Shown: positions 37,227 to 54,234, numbered from the stretch's first letter. The stretch: 64,000 nucleotides of DNA from Octopus vulgaris (GCA_951406725.2 OX597834.1:29326001-29390000), one strand, 5' to 3'. A program made the numbers and translations. Notes: a model not told the origin generated them from the letters alone.

Positions 37227-37230
<4 letters not shown>
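36977..37230. mobile_element. TA-embedded AT-rich repeat, family H (Penelope-like remnant, tentative)
   Basis: Shares gaaatagcagcc and reverse-complement aagggtaaaatt...atcaat ends with 51445-51480, 51905-52110 and 52913-53073. Confidence 0.45.
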
Positions 37231-37289
<59 letters not shown>

Positions 37290-37304
37290 TGTATATGATG
37301 ATGG

Positions 37305-37592
37305 ACTTCCCTGTTGAAGACGACGTATGAGTGTTCAGCTTTTGCCGAACAACCTGCACAAAAATTATTGTTTACAGCAATCAAGTGTATTTGCTGTACA
37401 TTAGCTCACTCCCTTCATCAAATCGACTTTGCCTGAACAGGTGTACTGTGTGCCATGCGTCAGGTATTGAATTAATTGCAGAGCAGTGTGAGTTGAAGTG
37501 TTTTGCTCAAGAACACAGCACACCACCAAGTTTAGGGATTGAAACCATAATCGCTAGATTAAGAGTGCAACGCCTTAAACACTAAGCCATGT
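37305..37592 (-). mobile_element. SINE family G
   Basis: Reverse complement of 2227-2520. Confidence 0.75.
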
Positions 37593-37993
37593 ACCCTCGC
37601 ATGTATGTATGACTCTCCTGAGTAGTTTTACCCTTTGATGGGTGTAGTTTTCACCTGACAGGGTCCAAGAGCCTTTCTACTCTCTGAATAGGCACAATGG
37701 TGATGCGCTGGTTTAGTGTACTTGGGTGCATGCTAACCAGTAGCACTCAAGTGCAACATGACATATATATACATATATATTTATATATTTGTGAATCTCT
37801 CTGTTCCTTATATATGTATGTGTGCGTGTGTGTTTATATGTATTTGTGTTTGTATATATATATATATACATATACACACATACATAAAATAAATGCACGC
37901 ACTTATTCACATACACTTCTATACACAGGGTTCGACAAATAAATAAAATAAATACAATAACAAAAAATATTATGTACATTTGTTTTTATACTG

Positions 37994-38138
<145 letters not shown>

Positions 38139-38523
38139 GATCTGTTAGTTCAATTTCTGACTTTTTTTTGATATTTTTATTGTTGTCATTGTTGTCATTG
38201 TTGTGTGTCGGCGGCCTAATGCGGCGTGTATGCCGATAGCTGTACTACGGTGTTGTGCAAATCATTCGTTTGTTCATAGGTCTGCACCTTGTCTCTTGTA
38301 TGGCGATGATGATGATGATGACGGGAAGAAAGTTTATTGGGCAACAGTAAGAGGAGAGGGAGAGTGGTGGCAGTGACGGGGTTGGCAGAGGACAAATGGC
38401 TTCACCCTGCTTCAGTCCTGCTTTGAACAATTGCATAAACAAAGTCAAGGGGGTGGGGGTGGGGGGTTGAAAAAAAAGAAAGAAACAAACAAACAAAAGA
38501 AAGGATGAAAGAATAAAAAGTAA

Positions 38524-38554
<31 letters not shown>

Positions 38555-38652
38555 GGTGGTGGTGGTGGTGGTAGTGGTAGTGGTTGCTCATGAAAATTGA
38601 ATAATAAATAGAAGACTAGCTTATCAAGACTGCATTTTAAAGAACACACATG

Positions 38653-38795
38653 CGTCCCCGTCACTTAGCAGTTCGGCAAAAGAGACTGATAGAATAAGTA
38701 CTGGGCTTACAAAGAATAAGTCCCAGGGTCGATTTTCTCGACTAAAGGCGGTGCTCCAGCATGGCCGCAGTCAAATGACTCAAAACAAGTAAAAA
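38653..38795 (+). mobile_element. SINE family A 3' fragment
   Basis: cgtccccgtcacttagcagttcggcaaaagagac...gtcaaatgactcaaaacaagtaaaa. Confidence 0.85.
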
Positions 38796-38857
38796 AAGAG
38801 AAAAAGAGAGAAAGAGTACACAAACATAGAGAGGAAGAAAGAAAGATAGACAAACAA

Positions 38858-38902
<45 letters not shown>

Positions 38903-39094
38903 TAAATGCATTTGTACAAATTTATTTCAGACACACACACCATAGATACAAACATGTGGGTATACATGTGGGTATACATGTGGCTGGATGTGTGTGTATC
39001 TTATTGTCATTGTTGTCGTATACATGAATACATAGATGCCTGTATATGCATGTTAATCTATGTACATATGTGTGTGAGATGCAATTTTACTTTG

Positions 39095-39130
<36 letters not shown>

Positions 39131-39344
39131 AGAGAGAGATATGTATATAAATATACATATCTATGCTACTACATACATATGCACGCACACAAATATGCAC
39201 ATATACACAGATCAAGTTTCAACATGTTTTATTTTATTTTTTTTAATGTTCAAGTTTTCTTTTTCCGTATTTTCTTTTATGGATTTCTTGGTATGTCGAT
39301 CCACGCACCCACCAACCTACACTCTCAGTTTGTGTATGTATTAC

Positions 39345-42890
<3,546 letters not shown>

Positions 42891-43598
42891 CATATCTCTC
42901 TTTCGCTATCTTTCTCTCCCTCTGTGTCTAATTCGCTTCCTTTATTTCGCAAAGATATATTTTATTTACCTGTGTATGGGAATTATATTTGTGCAATTCT
43001 ATTACACCACCACACTCTCCTCTGCTATTAACTTCAGACCATTATATACTCGTGCTATTCAAAGCCATTCACTTTCTAATGAAAAAAAAAATAGATATAC
43101 TCGTTTGCTTTGATATTCGTCTTTCTTTCAGCTAATAAATACCATGGCCCAACGTATTTTCACAGATAAAAAAATTTATCCCACCCCGACTCCTCTCTGT
43201 TTTGTTTTTTGTTTTTGCATTTTAAATGTTCTTTGATGGAGGCAGTGGTGTTGTCAGTGTGTGTGTGTGTACATGTATATGTTAGTGTTTGTATATATAT
43301 ATTCATATGTATGTGTATGTATGTGTTTATTTCTGTGTGCTGTGCTTCTTGGGTTTTTGCCTCATAAAAGTTCTTCGACAGTATATTACAAGTGCTGCTG
43401 CTGCTGCTACTGCTGCTGCTGCTGGTGGTGGTGGTGTGTATGTGTGTGGTTTGTGTTTCTATTTTGTCTCATAAATATTCTTAAGGTATAAATTTTGAAT
43501 GAGTGTATTTTTGCACATGTATGTATATGAGTGTGTATATATATTTCATGTGTGTGTGTGTATATATATTTCGTGTGTGTGTGTGTATATATATATTG

Positions 43599-43637
<39 letters not shown>

Positions 43638-44467
43638 ATCTACCTATCTGTCTATTTATCTATCTGCCTATCTATTTATATATGTGTGTGTTTGTGTATA
43701 TTTTGATGCACAAATACTCTTTAGATATCCATTTTGAATGTGTTTTGTTTTGATGATGATGATGATGATGATGATGGTAGTGTTGATGGTGGTGATGATG
43801 TTGATGGTGGTGGTGGTGTTGATGGCGGCGGTGGCGGCGGTGGCGGCGGTGGCAGTCGTAATTGTGGTGGAAGCTAACAATTTTATATTGCCAGCATCTT
43901 AACAATGTGATAATTAAGAAAGACTGGTGAACAGTGGCCATGGTCATGTGATGTATGGGCTTGTATTAACCACATTCAGTTCTGGTTCTCATGACAGACC
44001 ATAAATTTTGGATTTCAAAACCACCACCACCACCACCAACACGACCGCCACTTCCACCACTACTACCACACACTAACACACACGCTAACACACACACACA
44101 CACACACACACTCCTGTCCAACTGGCAGCTCTTCTCTGATATTAAGAGATTGTGCAAGATTCTTCATTATGCGGCTGGATTTTCACAAAACTTCAAAACT
44201 GGAGTTAGGCGGGAATACTTTGTTGACCAGTCTGTGATTCTATGATGAAACCCTTTGTAATAATAAAACGAATAAAAATTACAAGAGCCTCATAATCCTT
44301 TTCGGGTTTTAAAAGAACCGTCTTCCCTAAGCAGGAACCAGTCTTGCCCTTTTGGTCAAACTTTTTTCAGAAGCCTTGCCATTTGAGTGCCATTGGCTGC
44401 TATTAACTGGGTTGCCTCTGTTGCAAGCATTTAAGTTTGGTGTGGAATTCGAGGAGAATCTCATCCT

Positions 44468-44678
44468 TTAACCCTTTTGTTACCAACCCGGCTGAAGCTG
44501 GCTCTGGCTCTGTAGTACAAATGTCTTATTTTCATAAGTTTTGAATTAAAATCTTCCACCAAACCTTAGTCACAATTTATGTTCCTAACACAAGCTCAAT
44601 GATAACTGAGTTATTTTACTAAATTCTTTATTAAAGTAGTTGAAAGAAACACAGAGCATCTCAAAATGAAAGGGTTAA
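44468..44678. mobile_element. piggyBac-like MITE with TTAA TSD (small internal deletions)
   Basis: TTAA-CCCTTTTGTTACC...GAAAGGG-TTAA. Confidence 0.88.
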
Positions 44679-45889
44679 CCTCCATCAACTTCAGAGATCA
44701 TGAGACGGGTAGAGAGAAAGGTCATAGGTGCTGCTACCGTTTTCTACTGACTGTACCATGTAAAACAACAGTAATAAAAACAGAGCAAAGCATTGCTAGA
44801 TGAATGCCTTGACAGAGCACAAAGTATCAAGAGGGTGTGCAGTGATGCTGTGTGAGTGTTATGCATCAAGATGTGCAGGAAATCGGTTACTGCACAGCCA
44901 ACCCATGTCAATATGGATTAAAACATCTTTTCTTTTTATTTGTGTCAATCATTGGATTGTGGCCACACTTGAGCAACATCGTGAAGGGTTTTAATCAAAC
45001 GGATCAATACCAGTAATTCTTTTTTATTCTCTCAGTCTCTTTTGCCGAACCACTAAGTTACAGGGGCATAAACCATCCAACAGTGAGTGAGTGTGTTTGT
45101 GTCTATGTATCTACACACACACATATATAAATATCTATATGCATACATTCAGCCATCCATCTTTATAATAATGTCTGAGAAGCAAAATAGATCTTTGCAA
45201 GATTTGCACTCAGACTGCAATGAGAAAATACCAAATATTGCAATGGTATTTTTCCCTGTCACTCCACCATTCCTTAGTAATGCAAGGGTGGTGGGTATTT
45301 TCAGGGTGTATCAGGTAAATGCTGGATACCCACAAAAGGTGAAAACATTTTCTCTTGATGGTAATTCTGTTCTTCATAACAATTCTTCTTTGCTTAGAAT
45401 GATTCTGCTCTGGTCAAATTTTATTTTTAAAATCCAATAATATGCACTCAGACGCAACAATTAAGTTCAGCTAAAGTCATGATATGTCTAGAAATAATCT
45501 AAAGGTTGTATGTTTAGAACAGACTAAAAGCTTTAGTTATATTATTCTGAGTGTACAGAGTACCACAAAACTACTAAAGATGGTAAATTTTTCATTATAT
45601 AACAATTCTATAGTTACAGTAATATCATGACATAATCAGGTTATGATTTGATTTCAAATCTAATAATACACACTCACAAACTAAAGATTAAGTCTGCTTC
45701 AAGTCGTATTACAGATAGAAATAGCCAAAAGTTTGGATGTTTATTTCGGAGTAATACTCATGTCAGACTAGTAGCTTCAGCATGGTATCACACATTGCAA
45801 TAACAATCGGTATCCATCATTGTAGAATAATTCCTTCTATTATAAAGTCAAGGCCTGGAATTTTGGGGGAAGCAGTCAATTACATCACT

Positions 45890-46337
45890 CAAGGACAGCA
45901 CTTTCCTCTCCGCTCTCAATTTCCTTTTCAAGTGAAACTTGAAGAAGTCAATGAGAGCTCTACCAAAGAGGAATGTGTCTGTCCTAGGACCTTTCAGCCT
46001 TGTTCACCAAACAACCTCTTTCGCCACAGCCACTAGGCAAAAGAAAACTGCCTTGCCTGCGAGATTGAAGGAGGATGGTGGTGCAATCATCACCACAAAC
46101 TCAACTGACAGACGGCTCCATCCCACATGTGACAGCAGCTGTTCAACATAACCCCACAAGTTAGCAGTGCCTGGACTCTGAACAAGGGTGTTCAGAATGG
46201 TTTTGTCACTCAGCGTGCACCTTCGACAAGTCCATCTAACAGCACATCTGTGCCTGCAGATTTTATCTCGAACCGGTGGCACCCCCTGGTAGCACTGCCA
46301 GGCTAAGGACATCTGGAAATTATTCACGATAGTCCCC
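45890..46337 (-). mobile_element. Tx1/L1-clade LINE ORF2 C-terminal fragment (zinc-knuckle region), decayed
   Basis: SLAWQCYQGVPPVRDKICRH...TCRRCTLSDKTILNTLVQSP...LW...VAKEVVW*TR, a degenerate LPT...CxxC...ETxxHxLxxC...W...IWxxR pattern. Confidence 0.7.
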
Positions 46338-46977
46338 AACGGAGAAAATGTAAGGATTCTTTGGGACTTTCCAGTACATACAGACCGGACAATCAAACAT
46401 AATAAACCAGATATTGTTGTGAAAGACAAAAACAATAAAATCTGTTTAGTGATTGACATGAGCATTTCTTCTGATCATAATATCTCTGCAAAAGAATTTG
46501 ATAAGCTCAGAAAATATTAAGATCTGCTGATTGAAATCTAAAAAATGCAGCATCCCAAGATGGTTACAATACCAGTAATTGCAGAAGCAATTGGAATGAT
46601 CAAAAAGAAAACTGAAAATTATTGCAAGCGGGAAATGCAAAAAATTGTCTTAACGGGCATGTCACATGTATTGAGAAGAACATTGTCACTGTGAATTTTC
46701 TTTCTTTTTCCCTGCTTATTTTCATTGCTTTTTTTCTTTCTTTTTTTTCCTCCTCTTTCCCCTGCCTTTCTTCCCCCTTTTTTTCTATCTCATGACTTTG
46801 TAAACAAACAATCTGGTGTGTTTATTTTAATGGCCTACCAATGTATACAGTGAGTTTCTTTGCCCTAGGTGTCAGGAAGACACTCCGCAAGAAATAGAGA
46901 CAAAGTTGGAAGAAGAAGAAGAAGAAGAAGAAGAAGAAGAAGAAGAAGAAGAAGAAAGAAGAAGAAGAAGAAGAAGA
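46338..46977 (+). mobile_element. RLE-type (R4/Dong-like) LINE 3' fragment with (GAA)n tail
   Basis: NGENVRILWDFPVHTDRTIKHNKPDIVVKDKNNKICLVIDMSISSDHNISAKEFDKLRKY*DLLIEI..., a PD-(D/E)xK restriction-like endonuclease with stops. Confidence 0.88.
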
Positions 46978-47069
46978 TAATAAATGATAATTATAATTTC
47001 CTTAATACAAACTTAGAAATAAAGCCAGGCTGAAGTTATACAATGAGATAGTTTTATATATTTGCATTC

Positions 47070-47282
47070 ATAAGGCTGTGAACTGGCAGAATAGTTACAA
47101 CACAGAGCAAAGCACCAAGTGGTGTTTCTTCAAATTCCACTGGGATTGACTTTGCTTATTCATCTATTCAGGGTCAATAAAATAAGTACCATTTGAGCAC
47201 TAGTGAGTGGAGTGGGGTCAATATAATTAATGTATCCCCAACCAATAAAATTGCTAGCCTTGTGCCAAAATTAGAAAGAAAA
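47070..47282 (+). mobile_element. Old SINE family B
   Basis: gtgaactggcagaatagtta...caaattccac...gggtcaataaaataagtacc. Confidence 0.7.
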
Positions 47283-47388
47283 AATTTATTCTCACAGTTA
47301 TAGATTCTATACCAAGACAAAGTTGATCCCAGCAAGATTTGAACTCACAACAACAGAGTCTGAAGAAATGCTGCTAAGCATGTTGTCC

Positions 47389-47622
47389 AAAAAGGTGGTA
47401 GTAGTACCAATAATTGTCGGACCCCTGGGAACAGTGAGTAAAAATCTTGAGAAGTACATGGAACAAATAAGGGCTACAATAAGAGTGGAAGACTTGCAGA
47501 AAACAACACTGCTTGGAACCACTTGAATACTCTGGAAGGTGCTCGAAAAATAAGGAGTGACCAACTGACACCATAGTACATCTCCAGCATTAGAAGGTGT
47601 GCAAAGACAATAAAATAATACT
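47389..47622 (+). mobile_element. RLE-type LINE extreme 3' end (second family)
   Basis: KKVVVVPIIVGPLGTVSKNLEKYMEQIRATIRVEDLQKTTLLGTT*ILWKVLEK*, the PIIVGALG...LQKxxLLGT motif. Confidence 0.85.
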
Positions 47623-47681
47623 AATTGTTCCTAATACAGGTACAAAGCCTGAAATTTGGGACAGAGACTAATCAACTATAA

Positions 47682-48014
47682 TGATACCATTACATGACTG
47701 GTACTTCATTTCATGAACCCTGAAAGGGGGGGGGGGGTAAAGTTGACTTCAGCAGAATTTGAACCCAAAATGTTATGAGTCGGAAGAAATACTGAAGACA
47801 TTTTGTTTACAACAAAAACAATTCCGTCAGCACACACTGCCTTTATATTGATACCATTACATGACTGGTACTTCATTTCATGAACCCTGAAAGGGGGGGA
47901 AGGTAAAGTTGACTCCAGCAGAATTTGAACCCAAAATGTTATGAGTTGGAAGAAATACTGAAGGCATTTTGTTTACCACAAAAACAATTCCGTCAGCACA
48001 CACTGCCTTTATAT
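47682..48014 (-). repeat. Tandem duplication (about 167-bp unit) of an old family B SINE
   Basis: Units start at 47682 and 47849 and differ by only a few bases. Confidence 0.92.
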
Positions 48015-48871
48015 TAATACTACTAATAATAATAGTACTAACTACTCATTGTAGTTTAGTTTGCATGTGTGTGTGTGTGTGTGTGTACAAGCATGTCTCT
48101 GTGCAGCTGCACACACACACACGCATCTGCAGACTTTCAGGATGAAGTGCTTCCATATATTCCTGTGGCGAACGATATGCCCGACTGCTGCAAGTGCAAC
48201 AAACAGTTACACTACAGTTGCAGTTGTTAGTATAGTTGCAGCTATCAGCAGCAGAGGAAGCAGGCTGGCCAATGAAAACAGCTTAAATATGAGAGGAGGA
48301 AGAGGAGGAAACGAAATTGCAGGCACAGAGAAAGCAGTAGTATTAGTAGTAGTAGTATTAACAAAGTGGTGGTGGTGGTGGGTGGTGATGATGGTGGTTC
48401 TGGGGAGGAGGAAGAGGAAAAAGAGCAGAAGAGGAGTAAGAGGAAAAAGAGAAGGGGAAAGAGGGAAAAGAGGAAGGGAGTAAGTTATCCTCTGACTGGA
48501 GAGCTGTCCCAGATGCTCGAAACAGAATAGACAAACTCCAAAGAATGCCACCTATGGACCAGGTGATGTTGTTAAATCAGGTGAAACAGATGAAAACGCA
48601 GAGAGAAGGTCTCTAATCAAAGCCATTTCAGTGATGTGCACTCTATAATGGCAACTGTCCTTACATTCTCTATAATGGCAACTGAACTCAAATTCTACTG
48701 AGGCCAACTTTGCCTTTCATCCTGTGATGGAGGGGGTATCAATAAAATCGACTAACCCCCTCCCCACAAAATTTCAAGCATTCTGCTATCAGTAGAAAGG
48801 ATTATAATGATAAGGATAATAATAATAATCTTTTCTACTCTGGTCCTTGTGCCTAGAGTAGAAAAGATTAC

Positions 48872-49111
48872 TATTATTATTATTATTATTATTATTGAGT
48901 GAGAGAGCAGTGCATGCCATCAAAGTGACACTGGGGTAAAATATACGAAGCCCAGTATACCCATCATGACTACCCGTCTGATAAGGGTACACTAGGCACA
49001 TGCATCACAACCATGTGTGCGCGACATGGTGATCTCATATCAAGATAAACAGCACATGACCTTGCAGGTGGGGCCCAGTTAGAATTTTCTTCAGGTCGAG
49101 TAACCCATCCC
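48872..49111 (-). mobile_element. Retroposon 3' end with (AAT)n tail, unclassified
   Basis: GC-richer segment bounded by (ATT)n and (AAT)n. The minus strand ends ...ctctctcactc-aataataat. Single copy in this window. Confidence 0.45.
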
Positions 49112-49119
49112 AATAATAA

Positions 49120-49588
49120 TTATTATTATTATTATTATTATAATAGATGTGTGCACAGTATACAATATCCTGAGGTTGTTGATTGAAGATATTGTGTCTA
49201 TCGGGGCTTTGTACTGTTTTGTCAAGTCCCAACAAGGACCTCAGACAGACAGTACTTTACGCAATATGCGTGCAGTTCCAAGTAATGCCGACTTTTGCAA
49301 CACACCTAGATTGTAGGGTATTTCTAAAGTTTCCAGGTGTTTTTTCAGATTGGGTGGTATTGAACCCAATGCTCCAATGACAATAAGGATAACCTGTATG
49401 CTTGACTCTCATACCTGCCACATCTTAGCAATCTCAATTCTCAGGTCTCTATATTTATCAACCTTTTCTCTTTCTTTCATAATGATATGTTGATCTCCTG
49501 GCACTGCTACATCGATTATTAGCCACTCTTGTTTGTCCCTCCTAAGGGTTACTATATCCAGCCTTCAGTGCTCTAACACTTTGTCTAT
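49120..49588 (-). mobile_element. RLE-type LINE 3' fragment (third family)
   Basis: DKVLEH*RLDIVTLRRDKQEWLIIDVAVPGDQHIIMKEREKVDKYRDLRIEIAKMWQV*...IVIGALGSIPPNLKKHLETL...LQKSALLGTAHILRKVLSV*. Confidence 0.9.
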
Positions 49589-50481
49589 TATTATTAAGGC
49601 GAGAAGATAAATCTCTCATCAAATCCCACTTTTTCCACTCTCTTGGAAAACAACATATTAGATAATTTGCTCAGGGGTCCCTGGAAACAAGAAAAAAAGG
49701 GAGGGTCATGACTGGTGCGTTTTTGATCATATGTTCTGTTCCCTCAAGAAGCTGACCTGGGCACAAAGAATGATAACAAGAACAACTCCCACTGCTATTT
49801 TAAATATCATTTATCAATCTCTCCTTTCTGGCCTCACCCTGGAACGTTCCCATTCCCATTTTTACCTCTACCCAGTCCCACCCATGCACACTCACATATG
49901 CATCCTGCCATTGTGGCCACACACTATCAACCATGACCACCCCTATCAAATGTACCCTCATTTCAAGGCATCATCACATGATCACTGCTTTCTGTAGACT
50001 GCACATGGGACTGAAAACTGAGGGAGAGAGGGGGAAGGTGAGGAGAGGTGGAACCCTTTATAAGCACTGATCCCATCCTTATCATAACATCCTTTGTTCT
50101 CCCCCCCTACCCTAACCCTACCTGCTTTCTCCAGCTCCCTCCCCCCCAGCATCCCCGGAACTCACGCAACTGTTCTACAACTTCAGTATCCTTCTATTCC
50201 CTCTTTACTACACACCATAACAAATCACAACAGCCACAACTAATAACCATATGACAAAAGCCTACGCACTACTACCACAACTCTACCGGAACCCGAATCG
50301 TCTCTCTACAACACCACAACCACACAACCTAAACAACTATTACTACAACAGCAAGCAGCTAATGACCACCTCTACAACAACCACAACAATCGCAACCAGT
50401 AACAGCAGTGTATCATCTCCTGCCTCCATCTACTTCAGCCCTTTTACAACTAACACATACATCGTCCATCAAATATTCACA

Positions 50482-50522
<41 letters not shown>

Positions 50523-50580
50523 CCCACATGTATAGACATATGTGCATGCACATGAATATGCATATATATATATATATAGA

Positions 50581-50665
50581 TTCTTTTATTCTTTTACTTG
50601 TTTCAGTCATTTGACTGTGGCCATGCTGGAGCACCACCTTTAAGCGAACAAATCAACCCTAGGAT
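50581..50665 (-). mobile_element. SINE family A 3' fragment
   Basis: cttttacttgtttcagtcatttgactgtggccatgctggagcacc. Confidence 0.8.
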
Positions 50666-51140
50666 AATATATATATACATATACACATATATATACATAT
50701 ACATATATATATATACATATACATATATATATACATATACACATATATATACATATACATATATATATATACATATACATATATATATACATATACATAT
50801 ATATATACATATACATATATATATATATACATATACATATATATATACATATACATATATATATATATACATATACATATATATATATATATACATATAC
50901 ATACATATATACATATACATATATACATATATATACATATATATATACTTATGTACACATATACATATATACATATATATATACATATATATATATACAT
51001 ATACATATATATACATATACACATATATATATATATATACATATACATACATACATATATACATATACATATATACATAAATATACATATATATATACTT
51101 ATGTACACATATACATATAACTTTATATATATATATATAT
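50666..51140. repeat. (TACATA)/(TA)n compound microsatellite
   Basis: Directly visible. Confidence 0.95.
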
Positions 51141-51547
51141 AAAGTTATAATTAAAGTTTAGATTTGGAATTTAAAATTTATCATCCCAACTCTATATTTG
51201 AGTAGGTCCCTAGTAGTGTGTCAGCTGAGCACATTCACCTCTAATGGCTACCTGGTGTCATCCACAGTAAATATACATTTGTCACTGGGACTACATTCGG
51301 AATTCCTCGGTGCACACCGAATAGAAATAATTGATATGGAAAATAAAGTCTGCTGGAAACAACGATATGATAAAGTTTCTAGTATACTCTACCTTCCGTA
51401 TGGATTAGTTCTACTGTATATGTGTATATATATATATGAAATTGAATAAGAGTAGAAATTGATATTAATCAATGTGGAAAATAGCGATTTTGACATCTAT
51501 ATCTAGCATATTGACTGTCCACTTTTAGTGGTCAGTCCTTTAAATTT

Positions 51548-51602
<55 letters not shown>

Positions 51603-51801
51603 GAGTGGGCAAATGAAAGAAAGTGACACTCAACACACTTGTTAGGAGTTTCAAGAACTATTAGATAATAGTTTGTGCATATATATATGTGTGTGAGCAC
51701 TATAAGCTCATACCCTTTTCAACTACACAGCAAGGTACAAGTACAGACAGACAGATATATAAAATACATACATGTGTGAGTGTATATGTAGAAATAGACA
51801 T

Positions 51802-51833
<32 letters not shown>

Positions 51834-51860
51834 AATATATTGTACATACACATGTGAGTG

Positions 51861-51904
<44 letters not shown>

Positions 51905-52109
51905 AATAAGGGTAGAAATTGATATTAGTCAATTAAAACCAGTGGTCCAACATATTAAAAAGAATCCGAAGATTAAAATATTTTGTATGTAAATATATAT
52001 ATATATATATATAAATTTATATATGAGGATAATATCGATGTTTAAGTGTCGAAATTATCAAGTGGCCAGCATGAAAGAAATACCTTACAAAGGTAAAAAA
52101 ATTTTTAAC

Positions 52110-52295
52110 AATTAAAAATGAGGGTGTCTAAAAGACACCAACATGCCGAAATAGCAGTCGAAACTCTGACTATAAAACCACGTTAAATGTTCGTATCGTT
52201 AAATGTTCATGGTGCGATATGAACATTTAACGTGGTTTTATAGTCAGAGTTTCGACTGCTATTTCGGCATGTTGGTGTCTTTTAGACACCCTCAT

Positions 52296-52303
<8 letters not shown>
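52110..52303. repeat. Perfect 83-bp inverted repeat with a 28-bp spacer
   Basis: 52110-52192 is the exact reverse complement of 52221-52303. Confidence 0.95.
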
Positions 52304-52333
<30 letters not shown>

Positions 52334-52670
52334 GAGTATATGGTTGTATGTAAGTTTATTGCTTTTTCAGACACACACATACAGAGGTTTATTGATAGTT
52401 ACATATTTTAAATGAAATTTCTATGATGCACTGAAGAGACATACACAGGGTAAGAGAATCGGTGTAAAGTACGCAGAGACACATTTCGATAATGTATCAT
52501 AGAAGTCATTTAAATTTATGACTTCTTAATTTCAACACAAAAGCCTGTCCGTTAGTATTCTGTTCTAAATTAGTCTTCAACAAATAGAAATCTAGATTGG
52601 AGACAGATATAACCATACAGACACATAAGTACATGAATGTGTATGTATATATATGTGTGTGTGTGTATAT

Positions 52671-52706
<36 letters not shown>

Positions 52707-52707
52707 A

Positions 52708-52880
52708 CGGGAAAGTTTACGAAAATAAACAAGACGAAGGCAGGTGGAGTACAAACAAACAAATGTATTAGTATAGTGCTCAGGAATAGAAATAGAAAAA
52801 GTCTTTTACGTTTCGGGCCTACGCTCTTCGACAGAAAGATACAGAGAAAAAAATGTGTGTAGGAGCTAACGATCTATCAT

Positions 52881-52883
<3 letters not shown>
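52708..52883 (-). mobile_element. Family D repeat (hammerhead-like), sense to AhR
   Basis: Minus strand TCTTT-CTGTCGA-A-GAGC-gtag-GCCC-GAAAC-GTA-AAAGA at 52802-52839. Confidence 0.78.
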
Positions 52884-52917
<34 letters not shown>

Positions 52918-53065
52918 ATAAGATCGTTAATTTAAAAATAAAATAATGATTTTATCAAGTGATCAATATGGAAAATATAACCTTCAAAGGTAATAATTAT
53001 TAAAATTATAAATTTGATCATGGCTGCTATTTTCAGCATGGTTGTATCTCGTAGATACCCTAATT

Positions 53066-53129
<64 letters not shown>

Positions 53130-53775
53130 TGTCGGTAGTGGAAGTGGTTGTAATGATGAAATGATGACAAAGGGGGAAGAATAATGTTTGTATCATCCAA
53201 CATGGTATGTGATAGTAGCACCTTGTCAGTGATGATGATGATGAGGATGATGATGGTGGTCACCATAGCATAAAAGGTGGTATTTGATAGCAGTAGTTGT
53301 GGTGGTGGGGACTGACTGACTTAAGCTTTAGTTAAGTGGAATTACCATTTCTAAATCTAATCCAAACCGAAACAAACCCAACCAACCTCTCCCTTAGATC
53401 CAGTAGAAAACTTTGAAGATCCTTGTGGTTAGAGCCAAATCACGCTTGATATCCCCAACACCTATCGCACCCCACCCCCACCCGACCATCTCTCTCACTC
53501 AACCGATAGTTTGTCCCCACCCTCTGCAGTGCTTTTGTCAAATACCCACATTCTGTCCCCATTTTCTACTGAAGCCTCTTGACCACTGTAGCCCCTATCT
53601 ACTGTACATTTTGTTTGCCTAGCCATTCATTCACCTGTCCATCCATTCCTCCATTTGACCATCAAGCCATCTACTTATTTCACTTAGCTACCAATCTGCC
53701 TGCCTACCTTTCTCTCTCTCTCTCTCTCTCTCCAACCATCTGTCTATAATCCAAATATCCATGTGTATTAAGGCA

Positions 53776-54070
<295 letters not shown>

Positions 54071-54192
54071 GCCTAATTTGCCTTCATGTTTATCTACCCA
54101 CATATACGCACGTGTACAAACACACATTCTTACTTAAGAATTGCAGTTGTATAAAACACTTAAGTCATGATATTAAAATTCAGCTTCAATAA

Positions 54193-54234
<42 letters not shown>

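Noticed and set aside
45087-45440. 117-aa ORF on the + strand
   Set aside because: It starts in a microsatellite, has no recognisable homology or splice context and is antisense to AhR.
46004-46465. 153-aa Cys-rich ORF as a host gene
   Set aside because: It is a chimera of antisense RLE-LINE sequence and a decayed Tx1 ORF2 fragment.
52465-52510. Another hammerhead (minus strand CTATGA...CGAAATGTGTC)
   Set aside because: The core and stem I are too degraded to support a call.
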